64,000 bases of DNA, taken from the NCBI RefSeq assembly GCF_001447785.1, contig NW_015172014.1, positions 1,130,632-1,194,631 of the forward strand, in the 5' to 3' direction. The stretch's first letter is position 1, and every line of letters starts with the position of its first letter. The stretch is from Gekko japonicus. Lineage: Eukaryota. A program made the position numbers and the translations under genes. The notes beneath the pieces were generated by a model. It was not told the DNA's origin. It saw only the letters and a list, made by a program, of their open reading frames with translations, and ran no database searches. Shown here piece by piece: positions 11,227-23,467 of this stretch.

Positions 11227-13184
11227 GTACGTTGGAGGGACGGGCAGTGGCTCACAGGGCAGGGCCTTCTGCCTGCAAAGCCAACCCCACCCTCCTCATC
11301 GCCACTTAAAGGTCCCCCCCCCCCTTGTGCTGGGCAACATCCTTTCCCAGGCTGAGACTCTGGAAAGTGGCTGCCAGCCAGAGCAGGCAATACCTGAGCC
11401 AGTGCCATGCAGTGATCAAAGTAGGGTCTGGGAAACCGAGGTTTAACCGCCATTGTCTAAAAAGGTGAGCCAAACAGAATAGAGGGCCAACAATAAAAAC
11501 TTCATTATATAGTATGAAAAGATACATGTATTTATTAACAAAGAATTAAAAAGCATATAAGGGCCCAATCACACCTCATGTGAAAATGCCAAAATTTAGC
11601 ACGCAAGGGACAATGGACTTGGCCTGACACATTTTGGCCTGTATACTATATAGTTAAGTTTTTACTGTTGGCCCTCTATTCTGTTTGACTTCCCTTTCTA
11701 GGTTCTGGATCCCAGGTTTCAGGGTTAAGTCCCCCCAATCTTTTTGGTTCCTTGTTTGGACCGCCACTGTGCCATGGAGGCTGGCAGTGAGACCTCAAGC
11801 CAGTCCCACACTGTGGGTAAACTCTTTGGATCCCTGTTAGAGAGAAAGGCAGGTTATCCTGAAGTGAAATGAAATGGGTGGATGGCTGATCCAGTCTCGC
11901 TAGAAGGCAACTTCCAGAACAGTTAGGCTCAAAAAGGATTTTGGAAGGGGGTTGCAGCTCCCTCCCCAAGACAGACAAACGACAAGGAAGAAAAAAAAAT
12001 AATGATCTAGAACAGGGGTGTTATGAGGGCCGGATCTGATATAAATGAGACCTTGTTGGGCCGTGCCATAAAAGGCAATACCAGGAAGCGGAGATATAAA
12101 CTTTATAAAGGACACAGACAAACACAATTAAAGATTTTTTTAAAACTTTAAATAAAACGTGTCTCCTGTATAGGATTGGGGCAGCCTGGCAAGGAAGCCA
12201 GCTCTGGTGGAGGAGGGGGAGAAGCCTCAGCCAGTGTTTTACCACACTCAGTCGCACAGGAGAGGCTTGCCTATCTACCTCTCCTGTGTGACTGAGAGAG
12301 TCTTGTAGAGTAAGCTGTGATGTAGCCGCGGCAGCCGCAGAACTAGAAAAAGAAGCAGGAAACAGGCAGGGCCTCGTGGGCCGGACTGTAGCCATCTGTG
12401 GGCCTGGCTGCATGTTTGACACCCCTGATCTAGAACATGGGTCATGCAGATGGTGCATCGGGAACCACCACAGCACAAAATTGCTGCTGTCATATTTTTT
12501 TTTAAACAGAGACCCAACAAACACGGCTTCTTAGTGGTGAGAGAGCAGCAGTCAAGGAGATGACTGTTCCTCGGTCCTCCCTTTGCCGCATCACTCTTTG
12601 CAGCTGTTTCTTCTTCCACTGCCCCACCCTGTGAGGGAGGTGGACACAGAAGCCAGGTGGGAGTGGCGAATGTTGGGATTCTTGCTGCCATCTCCTGCCG
12701 AGGAAAACTCAGGTGGAAACTAAAGGCAACCCTTTGTCCCTGAACAGTGCAGATGAGAGCATCTCCCACCCTCATCATGGCACTGGGATTGTCCTCTGGT
12801 TTTGCAGCCGAGTTCTGATATAATCTGATTTTGTGCCAGTGGCTGGCAAAACAGTGCCGCTCCTTCTGCCTGCCCGGTTCCTTTAGAGCAGGGCCCCCTA
12901 ACCTTTTCAGCCTGTGGGCACCTTTGGAATTCTGACACAGGGCGATGGGCGGAACTAGAAGTCAAGGAGCGAGGCTATGCATTACTCAGAACATTACTGA
13001 GTCCAGCGGCACCTCTTAAGAGCAACGACGATTTATTCTGGGCATAAGCTTTCATGTGCATGCACACAAGAACTTATACCCAGAAGTGCCGCTGGACTCA
13101 GACTTTGTTCTGTTGCTTCAAACCAACACTCAAACAGAAACTCTTCAGAACTTCAGGCAGAGGCTCTGTTTGCTGTTTAAAATG

Positions 13185-13830
13185 AACATAATGCCCCTGT
13201 ATAAATCGATGGTATGTCCTCATTTGGAACACTGTACAGTTCTGGTCACCACACCTCAAAAAGGATATTATAGCATGGGGAAAAGTGCAGAAAAGGGCAA
13301 CTAGAATGATCAAAGGGTTGGAACACTTTCCCTATGAAGAAAGGTTAAAGCGCTTGGGGCTCTTTGGCTTGGAGAAACGATGGCTGAGGGGTGACATGAT
13401 CAAGGTTTACAAGATTATGCATGGGATAGAGCAGGTCGAGAAAGAGGTACTTTTCTCACAAGACAAGAACTCCTTGTGGGCACTCCATGAAATTGCTGAG
13501 GTCGGGTTAGAATGGATAAAAGTCCTCCTTTATCCAAAGAGTGATCAACACATGGAATTCAGTGCCATACGTTACAAGCAGGGAACGGCTTCAAGAGGGA
13601 ACTGGATAAGCACCTGGAGCAGAGGTCCATCAGTGGCTATGAGCCACAAGGTATAGATAGGAACTCACAGGCTGGGGCAAGGGATGCTCTGTATTCTTGG
13701 TGCTGGGGGGGGGGCAACAGTGGGAGGGCTTCTGGTGTCCTGGGCCTCCTGATGGCACCTGGTATTTCTGGCCACTGTGTGACAGAGTGTTGGACTGGAT
13801 GTGCCATTGGCTTCTCTTATGTTCTTAACA
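13185..13830 (+). mobile_element. CR1 LINE 3' fragment, frameshifted ORF2 end
   Basis: [37 protein letters not shown], followed by 3' UTR and TTCTTATG-type tail. Confidence 0.9.
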
Positions 13831-14067
13831 TCACTGTTTTAAAAAATACTTTCTTGCATACACATCACTTACATTCAGTCATGCCATAAAGATTTGTGTT
13901 CTGGCGTCAGCTGGTCCCAAAGGAACTTTTTTTTTTACAAATCTGCACAGCCAGCCAAAGCTCTGTCTAGCCCCGGCCACTTTCACAAAACCCTTGGTGG
14001 GCACTGTGTTGGGGGGCCCGGCTCTCGAGGGATACAGCTCCTGCCCTGGCTTACTCTTACCCCACAG

Positions 14068-14198
14068 GCATGAACATCCCTCGGGAACAGCAGCTCTACC
14101 AAGGACTGGTCAGCCTGCAGGTGCCCAAAGAGGAATTGCTGAGCTCCGCGATGAAGGAGAAGCTGGTGCTTGTTGGGCCCCGGCCGGAAGGCCAAAAG
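14068..14198 (+). CDS. PPP1R35: PPP1R35 coding exon 3
   Basis: MNIPREQQLYQGLVSLQVPKEELLSSAMKEKL resembles human [41 protein letters not shown] sites in the expected phases. Confidence 0.93.
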
Positions 14199-14429
14199 GT
14201 GAGCAGGGGAGAGCTCCTCCCTGACTGGCCAGCTTCTCCTCTCCTCAGTCTGTGTCTTTGGGAGCAGGTGAAAGCAATCCAGCCTCCTTTCCCTCTACAA
14301 GGCTCCAGAGGACATGCTTCCTGCTGCAAGAACAGTGGGATTCATTTGATTGAGCCCCCCCCCCGCACATATACAGCCACAAAAATGTCCTGCCTAAAGT
14401 ACTGCACTCCCTCTGCCCTTGCATGCTAG

Positions 14430-14603
14430 GAGCTGGCCTCTGAGGGCCCAGACCTGATGGCCTTCTACGACCCAGAAGAGCTGTTCACAGAGACCGCTTT
14501 CCTGGAGGTGGAGGGGCTGCCCCCCTTGGAGCAGAAGCCGCGCGCCCGAGATCCAGCCGCCACCTTTCTGATGTACCGGAAGCTGCGCCAGTGGAACAGC
14601 TGA
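14430..14603 (+). CDS. PPP1R35: PPP1R35 last coding exon
   Basis: ELASEGPDLMAFYDPEELFTETAFLEVEGLPPLEQKPRARDPAATFLMYRKLRQWNS* matches the conserved C-terminus (GPD..DPE.LF.E...L..GLPPL...FLM.R.LR.W). Not in the ORF track. Confidence 0.93.
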   Translation, partial: ELASEGPDLMAFYDPEELFTETAFLEVEGLPPLEQKPRARDPAATFLMYRKLRQWNS

Positions 14604-14854
14604 GGGGAGAGGCAGGAGCAGGGCCTGCTGCTTTCACTGTCCAGGGGACCCAGAGACTGCCTGGCACCTAGCGCAGCAATAGGACTGTTTGTTCACAGAG
14701 GACTCCCATCATGCTCTCCACACACACAGACTTTTTTATACATAAACACAATTGCAAGCAATCTGTTGGGAGTGCGTGCCTCTTTCTGATAGGGCTGTGG
14801 GGAGCGGAGCCTGGAATCTGAGGGCAACGTGGGTGGCGCTTCTGAAAGGAAGGG

Positions 14855-15460
14855 GGCTCTGGCTCAGGGGCAAGGCCTGTGCTTGGCCCAGGTTCAGTCC
14901 CCAGCATCTCCCGTTGAAGAGGACCAGGCAGGAAGTGACGGGAAAGACCTCTCTGCCTGAGACCCAGTGCCAGTCTGAGTGGATGAGACTGACCATAATG
15001 GACCGGCTCCGGATAAGAGGCATGCTCCTGTGTATTCTGGAGTTTGGTGTAGCAGCTAAGTGTGCGGACTGCCGGGTTTGATTCCCCACTCCTCCTCCTC
15101 CACTTGCAGCTGTTGGATGACCTTGGGCAAGCCATAGTTCTTTCAGAGTTGTTCTCAAGGACAGTTCTGTCTGAGCTCTCTCAGCCCCACCTGCCTCACG
15201 GGGTGTCTGTTCTGGGGAGGGGGAGGGAAAAGGAGTTGTCAGCCGCTCTAAGATTCCGAGTGAAGGGGTATAAATTCGGTCTCTTCTTTGGGGAGGGGCC
15301 GTGGCTCAGGAATAGAATAGAACCTCCGCTTGGCAGGCAGAAGGTTCCAGGTTCAGGCTCCGGCACCTCCGGTTAAAAAGGACCAGTCAGTAGGGGATGA
15401 CCCAGGAGAGCAGGTACAAGCAGACAAGACCGACCAGAAGGCTTGATTCAGCAGCAGCGT
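14855..15460 (+). mobile_element. Cluster of tRNA-derived SINEs (including Squam3-like at 15041-15290) between the convergent PPP1R35 and MEPCE 3' ends
   Basis: GTTTGGTGTAG..GGTTTGATTCCCCACTCC..CTCTCAGCCCCACC and GGCTCAG..CCAGGTTCA heads. Confidence 0.75.
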
Positions 15461-15554
15461 CACATCCCCCAGCACTGGAGGTGGCAGCCAGCCAACTGCC
15501 CACCCGCCACCTCCCAGGGACACAAACCGGACGAACCCTTGGTAATTGGTAGGC

Positions 15555-15560
15555 TTTATT
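15555..15560 (-). terminator. MEPCE: Probable MEPCE polyadenylation signal AATAAA
   Basis: TTTATT on +, about 770 nt after the stop, where unique sequence ends and SINEs begin. Confidence 0.65.
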
Positions 15561-16328
15561 TATATATAGAATCAACATCTGTGTAAAGATCAAAGTCCTG
15601 GATGAAACTAGGTCCCCCCAGCTGCGAGGGGAGAGGGGGCACAGCAGGCGGCTCCTGCAGGGGGATGGGGGGCGGATGGCCTGGCTGGCTGCGGAGCTCT
15701 TCGATTCAGAAGGGGGGTGGGGGCAGCCGGGGCACGGGCCCAGCCCAGAGGAAGCTCACGGGGCAGAGTTGCCCTGCTCAGGAAGTAGGGGGGAAAGGCT
15801 TCAGTGCTCCAGGTGAAGGTGTCTGCCCTACCCAGGGAAAGTGCCCGCCCCCCCCCCACTGCCCCACTCCACAGCAGGGAATTCCACAGCTCCTTCGGGG
15901 GGCCCTCTTGCTCCTAAGCAGGCTGAGGGAGCACAATGGCTTGTGTGTGATTTCTTCTTCTGGGTTGTGAGCTCAGGGTAATGGCCGGGAGAGAGGGAGG
16001 GAGGAAGCCAGCCAGTCCCCCATTATCCCCCCACCCCCGCACATCACCTGCCCACTTCCCTCTTTCCTCCCCACGCACAGCAGGATCTCGGTAGCAGCTC
16101 CAGGCAGCCTCTTGCTTGCTCTGTTCTTCACGCTCTGCTTGTCGCAGGCAAAGAGGACGGGAGTCCTGCAGGTCAAGCGGCTCCGACTGACTCCATGGCT
16201 TCAGGGGCGGTGAACCTGGTTCCTCTGTCCTTTCCTGTCCAAGTGCCTCCAGCAAATGCCCCCGGCGGCTCGGAAAGGTGAGCGGGAGTCCAGCCACGGA
16301 CTGGCTCTCAAGCCCGGGCAAAAAATCC

Positions 16329-16381
16329 TCAGGGTGTTCTCAGGGGAGCCTTGTGGAAGAGATAGATGGGGCGCTGGAATC
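16329..16381 (-). CDS. MEPCE: MEPCE coding exon 4 (G-FQRPIYLFHKAPLRTP*)
   Basis: Matches human GFQRPVYLFHK; pyrimidine-rich CCCTAG acceptor, phase 1. Confidence 0.95.
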
Positions 16382-16728
16382 CTAGGGGGAGAGAGAGCCC
16401 AGACAAGCAGGCAGTCAGAAAGACACCCCAGTCCAGCCCCGGAGCACAGCTGGGGGCTGCCAAAGGAACCCGGTTCCCCCCCAGGTGTGCACGGGCCAGC
16501 GGACTGACCGCCTCAGAATGCCGTCCGAGGGCTCTGATCAGCACAGAGCACCGTGGGACCATCCGGAGCTTTGCATCTTGGGAGCAAAGCGTGTTTCGTC
16601 CCCCGTCCCCCCCCCGTCCGATCTGAGCTCCCCGTAAGAGTGTGCTGCCATATTAGGGGGAAGGCAGCATCTCAGTCCTGCAGGGGTACAAAAGCAGGTT
16701 GCAGGAGCAGAATAAAAAAGGTCACCCC

Positions 16729-16937
16729 CAACGGTCCCCTCTAAGCTGGGAATCCTTGTGAGCAAAAATGCTACTTTGTGAGCTAGTGGCATTAAAGTAG
16801 TGAGTGAGCCATTTTGGCTGCTGCATAAATTAATGTGCTCTGGAGCCATCCTTTCTGAGCCAAGACAAAAATGTATGAGCCGGAGGCTAAAAAATTGTGA
16901 GCTGGCTCACACAAACTTAGCTTAGAGGGAAACACTG
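16729..16937 (-). mobile_element. hAT MITE family A, copy 4 (MEPCE intron 3)
   Basis: TSD GTCACCCC / GTCACCGC. Confidence 0.88.
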
Positions 16938-17376
16938 GTCACCGCTTCTGAGCACAAGGACATCCAAAGGGTTCCTCAGAATAGCCCAGGCAGGGTGGGT
17001 TTGGACTGGTGGCCCCCTCTTTCCCGCTCTCTGGGTGCAGGGGGTGCCTCTTGCTTGTGCTGAAGGGCTGCTTCTCATCCAGCCCCCTTTCATCCAACCC
17101 CAAGTCACCCACAGTTTACTAAACACTCAACCTGGTTGGCCCAGCCTAACCCGGTTGAGTTACATCTTGGAAGCTAAGCGGAAATCGGCTGGGGTTAGAA
17201 CAGAGGCAACGGCAAACCACCTCTGAACGTCGGCCTGCAACTTGATGGCATTTTAGACATGACCTCGCTCAAAATTATTGGGGGAGGGGGTGTCAACTTT
17301 TATCACTCCGCCCCGCCCCCCACAAGCCCATCCCAGTCTGCACGCAAAGGCAGCACACCTGTCCTGCCCCACTCAC

Positions 17377-17503
17377 CTTTGGAGCTGTGCCTCGGCGTGG
17401 CCACCAATTCGTAGCTGGAGAAGCCCACTTCAGGTGAAGTCAGGTACGAGGGGAACTGGTCCGGCTTCAGCTTGATGCGGTGGAAGTTCCGGCATGTTGT
17501 CTC
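17377..17503 (-). CDS. MEPCE: MEPCE coding exon 3
   Basis: [42 protein letters not shown]; CAG/GTGAGT sites. Confidence 0.96.
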
Positions 17504-17893
17504 CTGGGAGGGGGAGGGAGGGATGAAGTGTCTGGCCGGCCCTCCGTCCACCCCTCCCCCCCAAACAGGGGCATCAACTGGACCTGCTCAATGGGGAGGG
17601 GAGGGGGCTGGCAGGTGGGGGGCTGCAACCACGCCCTTCCTCGGGAGGGCCAAGGTCAAGGCCTCCTGCTTTGCACCACCACACTTCTGGGACCAGCTGC
17701 ACAGAGCGCAGAGCACTCGGCCGTGACCGGCCGAACCAGCCGGCTTTGCCTCCCAGGCCGCTCTTCTTCTCAGGCCCGGAACCAGCCACACAAAATCGGT
17801 CCTCCTCACCAGGCTGTGCAGCTGAAGAGGGAGGGGACCCAGGTCTCCCAGGTGTGTCGTCGTCCCCCCCCCCTCGCCCAGCCCGCCACTCAC

Positions 17894-18112
17894 CGTCAGG
17901 TTCTTCCTCTTGCCGTAGGAAGCCCAGGCCTGGGGCTCGAGCACCAGGATGCCGCCGGGCCGCAGGTGGCGGAAGAGGCGCTTGAAGAGGCGCTTGAGCC
18001 CCTCGTCCCCCCAGTTGAGGTGGACCCACTTGGTGAGGCTGAGGCAGAGGATCACGTCGTACTCTGGCTTCTGGGCCTCCAGCAGCTCCTCACGCTCCAG
18101 AACGTAGTTGCC
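17894..18112 (-). CDS. MEPCE: MEPCE coding exon 2 (Bin3 methyltransferase core)
   Basis: [54 protein letters not shown]; CAG/GTGAGT sites. Confidence 0.97.
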
Positions 18113-19938
18113 CTGCCGAGAGAGGCCAGCAGCGTTGGCCGGGAGGGTGGGAAGGCTCCTCCAAACACCCACCAGCTCTTCCTTCCTTCCTCAGACTTTG
18201 GGGCAGCGCTGCCAACGTGCCCGGAGCAATCCTGAAGCAGACACGCCAACTAAGGCGGTGCAGCTGGCTGCCACCCACAGGCTGCCCAGCGACTGTACCA
18301 AAGCCCAGACCAGGAGGGAAGCACCACAGCTGGGAAGATTCCAGCATCCAAGGCCAAGGGGCGTGGAGACAATGGGGGGAGTGTGCGCAGGGGGGCTTCA
18401 AGGCCAGAGGGGAGGGGGGGGCTGGGCCTGCACAAAGGAACACTCCCCCCCCCAGCTTTAACACCAACTTGCCCCTTCCCACCCTCCTGCTCGGTAGGTG
18501 TGAGCCTTGCAGTGCGCCCCTGGAGTCAACCTTTCCCAGGCAGGGAAGGGGGCAGATCCAGGAAATGTACTGGCGTAATGCTGCGTTCCCCTGGGACTTG
18601 GGGGGAGGGGGAGTGAGATTACGCTCCTTGGCAGCAGCTGCCCACACGGCAGAGGTGTGTCTGGGGCTGAGGAATCCAAAGTATTCTGCAAAGCCTGGAA
18701 GCTCATTTTGCTCCCCTCTTTCCATGCACAGAGGAGGAGGAGGACAGGTGGGGGCTCTTCCTGAGCTCACTCTCTCATGCCAAGACGGTGGCTTGGGGGG
18801 GGGCTTCCCAGGAGCTGCCAGGGGCAAAGAAAGGCCCCTCCCCCCGTACCATCAGGCTGCTCCGCAAAGACTGAACCTGGGCTCCTCTACTGCCGGAGTG
18901 GAGCTCCCAGGCATTCTCTGCCCTGGTCTGTGCTGCTGGCCGGGGAGGTGAAGTGTGTGGGGGGGGGGAGAGCTCCTGCCGGCTGGAGCCGCACCTGGCC
19001 AGCACCAGACTCCCCCGCACAGCTGCACTGCCAGGCCCCTCCTCCGCCCTTCTGGCTTTAAGCCAGCCCCAAAGGCTCCTCCGGGAACACCCACCTCTGC
19101 CACCTTCTATCTTCCCTGCCCCACGGCCAAAGAGTGGCAGACCAGCCCCAGGCTCCCGTGCGCCTTCTCTCTCCCTGCTGCCCAAGGGGTGGGGGGCTGA
19201 GCCTCAGCAGTTCTGGTGGGCAGGGCGGAACTCCCCCCCACCCGGAGAGACCCCTGCTTGTCCCTCAGTCCTCCCTGGCTCCTGCCCCACCCCCATGCAG
19301 CAAGGAGGGGCCCAGCATCCCTGGGTCAGTAGGGCAGGGGGGCCATTGGAAAGCGAGAAGAGGATAGGCTCCCCCAGGTTCCAGCCAAGGCGCTTTCTGG
19401 AGAGCACACAGCCCTCCTGGGGTCTTGTCTGCCCTGGTCTCAAACTGTCCCAGAGGCAGCCGTCTCCGCACGAGTGCCTCCATCCTCACAGCCAGATTCA
19501 GAGAACGGCGGCCCTCTGACCATGGGCCACCCCTCCAAGAGAAGGCCTCTGCTCCCTGCAAGACCTCCTGGGACCCAGGAGTCCTTTGACTCTCAAGAAC
19601 ACATCCCCTGAAAGCCTTGTGGGTCTCTGAGGTGCTCCTGGCCTGGAACACAGCCCAGCAGAAGGGATCTCCTACCCCTCCCCGGCTTGGAGGGCCATTG
19701 AACAGCAGGTAACCCTGGCAAGACACAGGAGGATGCTAACGCCTCCGGTCCAAGCCCCCCCCCAGAAGGGCATGGAGAGAAGGCAGCTGCCGAGGCCCCC
19801 CCTCCACCTCATGCCACACGCGGAGGCCCCTGTCGCCACCCCTGAGCAAGAACCCGGGGCCTAAAGGCAGGAATGGGAAAGGAGGCGTCACCACCCTCGG
19901 CAGTACAAATCCACAACTGGGAGGAAACACGCTGTGAG

Positions 19939-20128
19939 CAATGTTCCCTCTAATGTTCCTGTGAGCAAAAATTTCGACTCTGTGAGCTACCGGCATTACA
20001 GCTGTGAGCCAGCAATTTGGCTACTATGTAAATTTGTTTGCTCTGGAGCCCTCCATCCTGAAGAACGTGTGAGCCAGAGGCTAAAAAACTGAGCTGACTC
20101 ACACTCACTCAGCTTAGAGGGAACACTG
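19939..20128 (-). mobile_element. hAT MITE family A, copy 5 (MEPCE intron 1)
   Basis: Perfect TSD GCTGTGAG. Confidence 0.9.
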
Positions 20129-20284
20129 GCTGTGAGCCAGGCCCCTTGACGAGCATGAGAGAGATCCTGGGTGTAACTCCAGCCTACAGCACAGCATTCA
20201 CAGCAACAAGCCCGGTGAGTCTTGACATCCCCCCCCCCGGAAGAAGGCAAACAGGCTGCAGACATGGCCCTGCCTTGGCCTCAC

Positions 20285-21817
20285 CTTGACAAAGATGACG
20301 TTGTTGGGGAAGACCGTGGCATCGGCCCCTTCCTGGGGCACCCTCGGCGCAGCAATGGGGCCACGGCTGGCCATGAGGGACACCGGGAAGGTCTTCTTGG
20401 GAAGGCCGGTGCCCTCATTGTTGCTGCTGGTTTGCTGCTGCAGCTCCGCAGAAAGGTAGTGCCGAATGTTCTGGCGCGCCGAGTGGATGAGGGCCCCGTC
20501 AATGTCCACGCCCACCATCCTGCGGGGACCCCACTTCTTGGCCACGCTCAAAGTGAGGTGCCCCACGTTGCAACCCACGTCCAGCACCTCTTTCCCCTGG
20601 AACCACTCCGGCCTCATGACCCGCAGCCGGGTGTCTTCCCAGTCGGGGTTGCGGTAGCCGTAGTACTTGCAGTAGTTGCCATACTGGAACTTGTGCTGGG
20701 ACTGCCGCCGAGGCTGCTGAGCGGAAGGGGGTGGCTGGTGCCGGCACCTGGGTGCGCTCCGTCCCCCGTCCGGGCTGCTCCGGTAAGGCCCTTCGCTCGC
20801 CGCCTCCTGGTGCCTGGCCCCCTCTGACTTGCTACTAGTCCTACGCCTCTTGCGGTGGTGGTGGTGGTGATGGTGGCGGCTGCTGCCGCCGCTGCTGCCA
20901 CCCCCTGTGGAAGAGCCTACGGAAGCACAAGCGGGGGTGATGCCGTCAAAGGGCTGCTGGCCGCGCTGCTGCCCATCTCCACCCCCCGGCAGCAAAGGGG
21001 AGACCACCTCGTCCCGGCAGTTGATGGCCGTGTTCAGTTCGTAAGGCTGCGGGGTGGCCCCGTTGCAGGCCTTCTGGCACGACTTGCAGGAGGGGGCGGC
21101 CTTGCCCGCCTCGGCGATGCTGGCGGCCCGCTGGGCCCCCCGGTGGCGGTGCCGCTTGCGCCCGGCCTTGAGGGGGGAGGCCAGGACGGGAGGGTCCTCC
21201 TGGGCGTTGTTGAGGCTCAAGGGGTCGGTGATGTCCTTGGGGATGAGGATCTCCACCGGGTCGCGGCCCTTGGCCGGCAGGGGCGACGACTTGGGGGTCT
21301 CGGCGTTGAGGGCCTGGTTCACCTCCTCGTCCAGGAGGCTGTTGAGGTTGAGCGGGTCGAAGATGTTGCCGCCCAGCAGGAACTCGGACGGGAGGACCGG
21401 GTCGCACTCCGAGTTGATCCGGCGCCGCCGCTTGAAGGCCGGGTGCTTGAAGCCGCCCACGTTGCAGCTGTTGCGCCGCTTGCCTCCCCCTCCTCCTCCG
21501 CCGGGGGGCTTCGGGTGGGGCTGGAAGCCGTTGCGGGGCCGCTGCAGCTCGGACACGCTGTCCTCCGCCTCCTCCGCCGGCGGGGCGCCGCCGCCCCCCC
21601 TGCGCTCCTCCGGGCCGGCCCCCGGGTGCACCTGCCCGGCGACCTCCCCGCTGCCCCCCACCTCCTCCTCCTCCGACGGCGGCGGCGCGTCCCCCTGATG
21701 GAGCCGCCCCGGGGGGACTTCCCCGCCGCCGCCGCCTCCTCCTCCGGGCGGGGGCTTGAGGGGCGGCGGCGGGGCCGGGACGAGGAAGGTCTCCTTGTCG
21801 GTGGCCATCTCCAGCAT
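20285..21817 (-). CDS. MEPCE: MEPCE coding exon 1 (511 codons), 7SK snRNA methylphosphate capping enzyme
   Basis: MLEMATDKETFLVPAPPPPLK..KHPAFKRRRR..FLLGGNIFDPLNLNSLLDEEV..FQYGNYCKYYGYRNP..VLDVGCNVGHLTL (SAM motif I); donor GTGAGG at 20284. Confidence 0.97.
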
Positions 21818-22335
21818 GCCTCGCGCGCCCCCGGGGCTCCTCCGCCGCTCGCCTCGCACCGAGCCTCCCTCCGCCCCTTCCCGGTCCCTTCCTACGCGTG
21901 CGCCGTCAGCCTCCTTCCTTCTGCGCAGGCCCGGCGCGCAGCCGCCGTGCTCCCTTTCCAGTCAGGTTCCGACGCCCATGCGCAGAGCCGCGCCTCCACA
22001 ACCGCCGACGGCGCCTCCCCGCCCGGCGCATGCGCGAGCCCAGCTGCCACCAGAGGAACAACACTTCGCGCCTCCTGCCTTCCCGCGATGGCACGCTTCC
22101 CCCTCGACTGAGACTTATATATGCGGTGGGCGGGCTCCGAGGAAGACGCGCCTCCTTCTCTCGGAAGAGGCCAATCGGGATTCAGTGTTGTGGCCACCCG
22201 CGTGGAACGGAAACCAATCACGGTCTTTTCGACGGAGAGCTCTGGAAGCCACCTCCCCTCTTCTCCTCCCGCCTCCTTGTTTCCATTGTAGCCAATAAAT
22301 GAACTCGTTTAGAGCGACTGGAGCCAATCCAATCT
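21818..22335 (-). promoter_or_regulatory. MEPCE: MEPCE 5' UTR and CpG-island promoter
   Basis: NRF1-like GCGCATGCGC at ~22026, five CCAAT boxes 22171-22333, ETS-like CGGAAG at 22162, GC box at ~22127. Confidence 0.75.
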
Positions 22336-22749
22336 CACTCATTTTTCCCAAAGGGCGGGTGAGGGTCCTCGTCTTTTCAGGACAGTCTGTGTCAAGCGCC
22401 TGCAGCAGTGTATTTCAGACATTGAAATAACAAAAACCAGGAGAAATGGGCACTATTTGCCTACCCAGATCCACTAATAAAAAAGTTTTCGTAATAAACC
22501 AGAAGGTGAAAGCCGTGGAAAAATATGCTTCGAAAAGACAGTTACTGTTTTTTCCAGGCATTGATTTAGACTCCTCAAAGAACCCCTGGGGAGGGAAACG
22601 TTGTGTGTCTGCTAGGATTATGGAGACCTTATCGTAAAGTGTACAGACTGACGGGAGAGATTATGGGGAATCGGTGCATTCCCCCCTTTGGTATATATGA
22701 AAATAAGCATATTTATTTTTTAGAAGCCTTCCCAATATGGACAGTTGTC

Positions 22750-22945
22750 AGCGAGCACGTGACTTCAAATCTCTCCCGCAACTGGCCTGTGCAAAGGTCA
22801 TTGGGATTCGTAGTCTCGAAGCGCGCAGTACCGGAACTTTGCGCCTGCGCTACAGAATTTAGCAAGACTGAGCGGAGCTCAAACGCGCATGCGTATTTTA
22901 TGTGTAAACAAAGCCTCGGCCTTGCGGGGGAAGGGGGAAACAAAT
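22750..22945. promoter_or_regulatory. Small separate CpG/motif cluster (promoter or enhancer)
   Basis: CACGTGAC E-box at 22756, TTGGGATTCGTAGTC (reverse ACTAYRnnnCCCR, ZNF143-associated) at 22801, NRF1-like TGCGCCTGCGC at 22840 and GCGCATGCG at 22885. Confidence 0.55.
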
Positions 22946-23070
22946 AAAACTACAAAGTCCTTAAGGACATGGGATTTAGAGAACATCTTGGCCTTATTCC
23001 CAGAAAGGTGGTGGACTCTCTAGACTGTATTACTCTGCTATTTGTCTTACAAGCGTTTAACTACTTTTCT

Positions 23071-23123
23071 GTGGTTTTGAACATGTGCAAAGTGCAGAGC
23101 ACTTTGCACATGTTCAAAACCAC
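23071..23123. repeat. Perfect 25-bp inverted repeat with 3-nt loop
   Basis: GTGGTTTTGAACATGTGCAAAGTGC-AGA-GCACTTTGCACATGTTCAAAACCAC. Confidence 0.9.
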
Positions 23124-23467
23124 TGAAAAGTCCAGCAAAGGATGACATAGCTTCCCTTGAGAAATCTTGCTAGCTAATAACATGGCCCTTCAGGTTAGTA
23201 ACAATATCTAGCATATTTTGAAGTCCTTCAAAAGGTTTCATGCACTTTATCTTCTTGTAATCCTTACAGCCCTGTGAGGTAGGCCAATATCCTTCTATTC
23301 CAGATGAGAATCTGGGGCTGGAAGACAGAGAAAGAGGCTTTCCTAGGATGAGGTGGTATTTACTAGCGGCCCAGAGAGAAAGCTTCAGCTTTCCATGGTT
23401 GAGATCTTACCTTTGCCACAAGCTCTGTCAGCAAGATGGAGGCCAAAATCCTGGTTGCTATAAAGGA

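Noticed and set aside
21818-21859. 14-codon N-terminal extension of MEPCE in the ORF track
   Set aside because: Non-ATG start; homology begins at ATG 21817.
20855-22111. 418-aa + strand ORF and other ORFs overlapping MEPCE exon 1
   Set aside because: Antisense shadow of a GC-rich coding exon; no recognisable domain.
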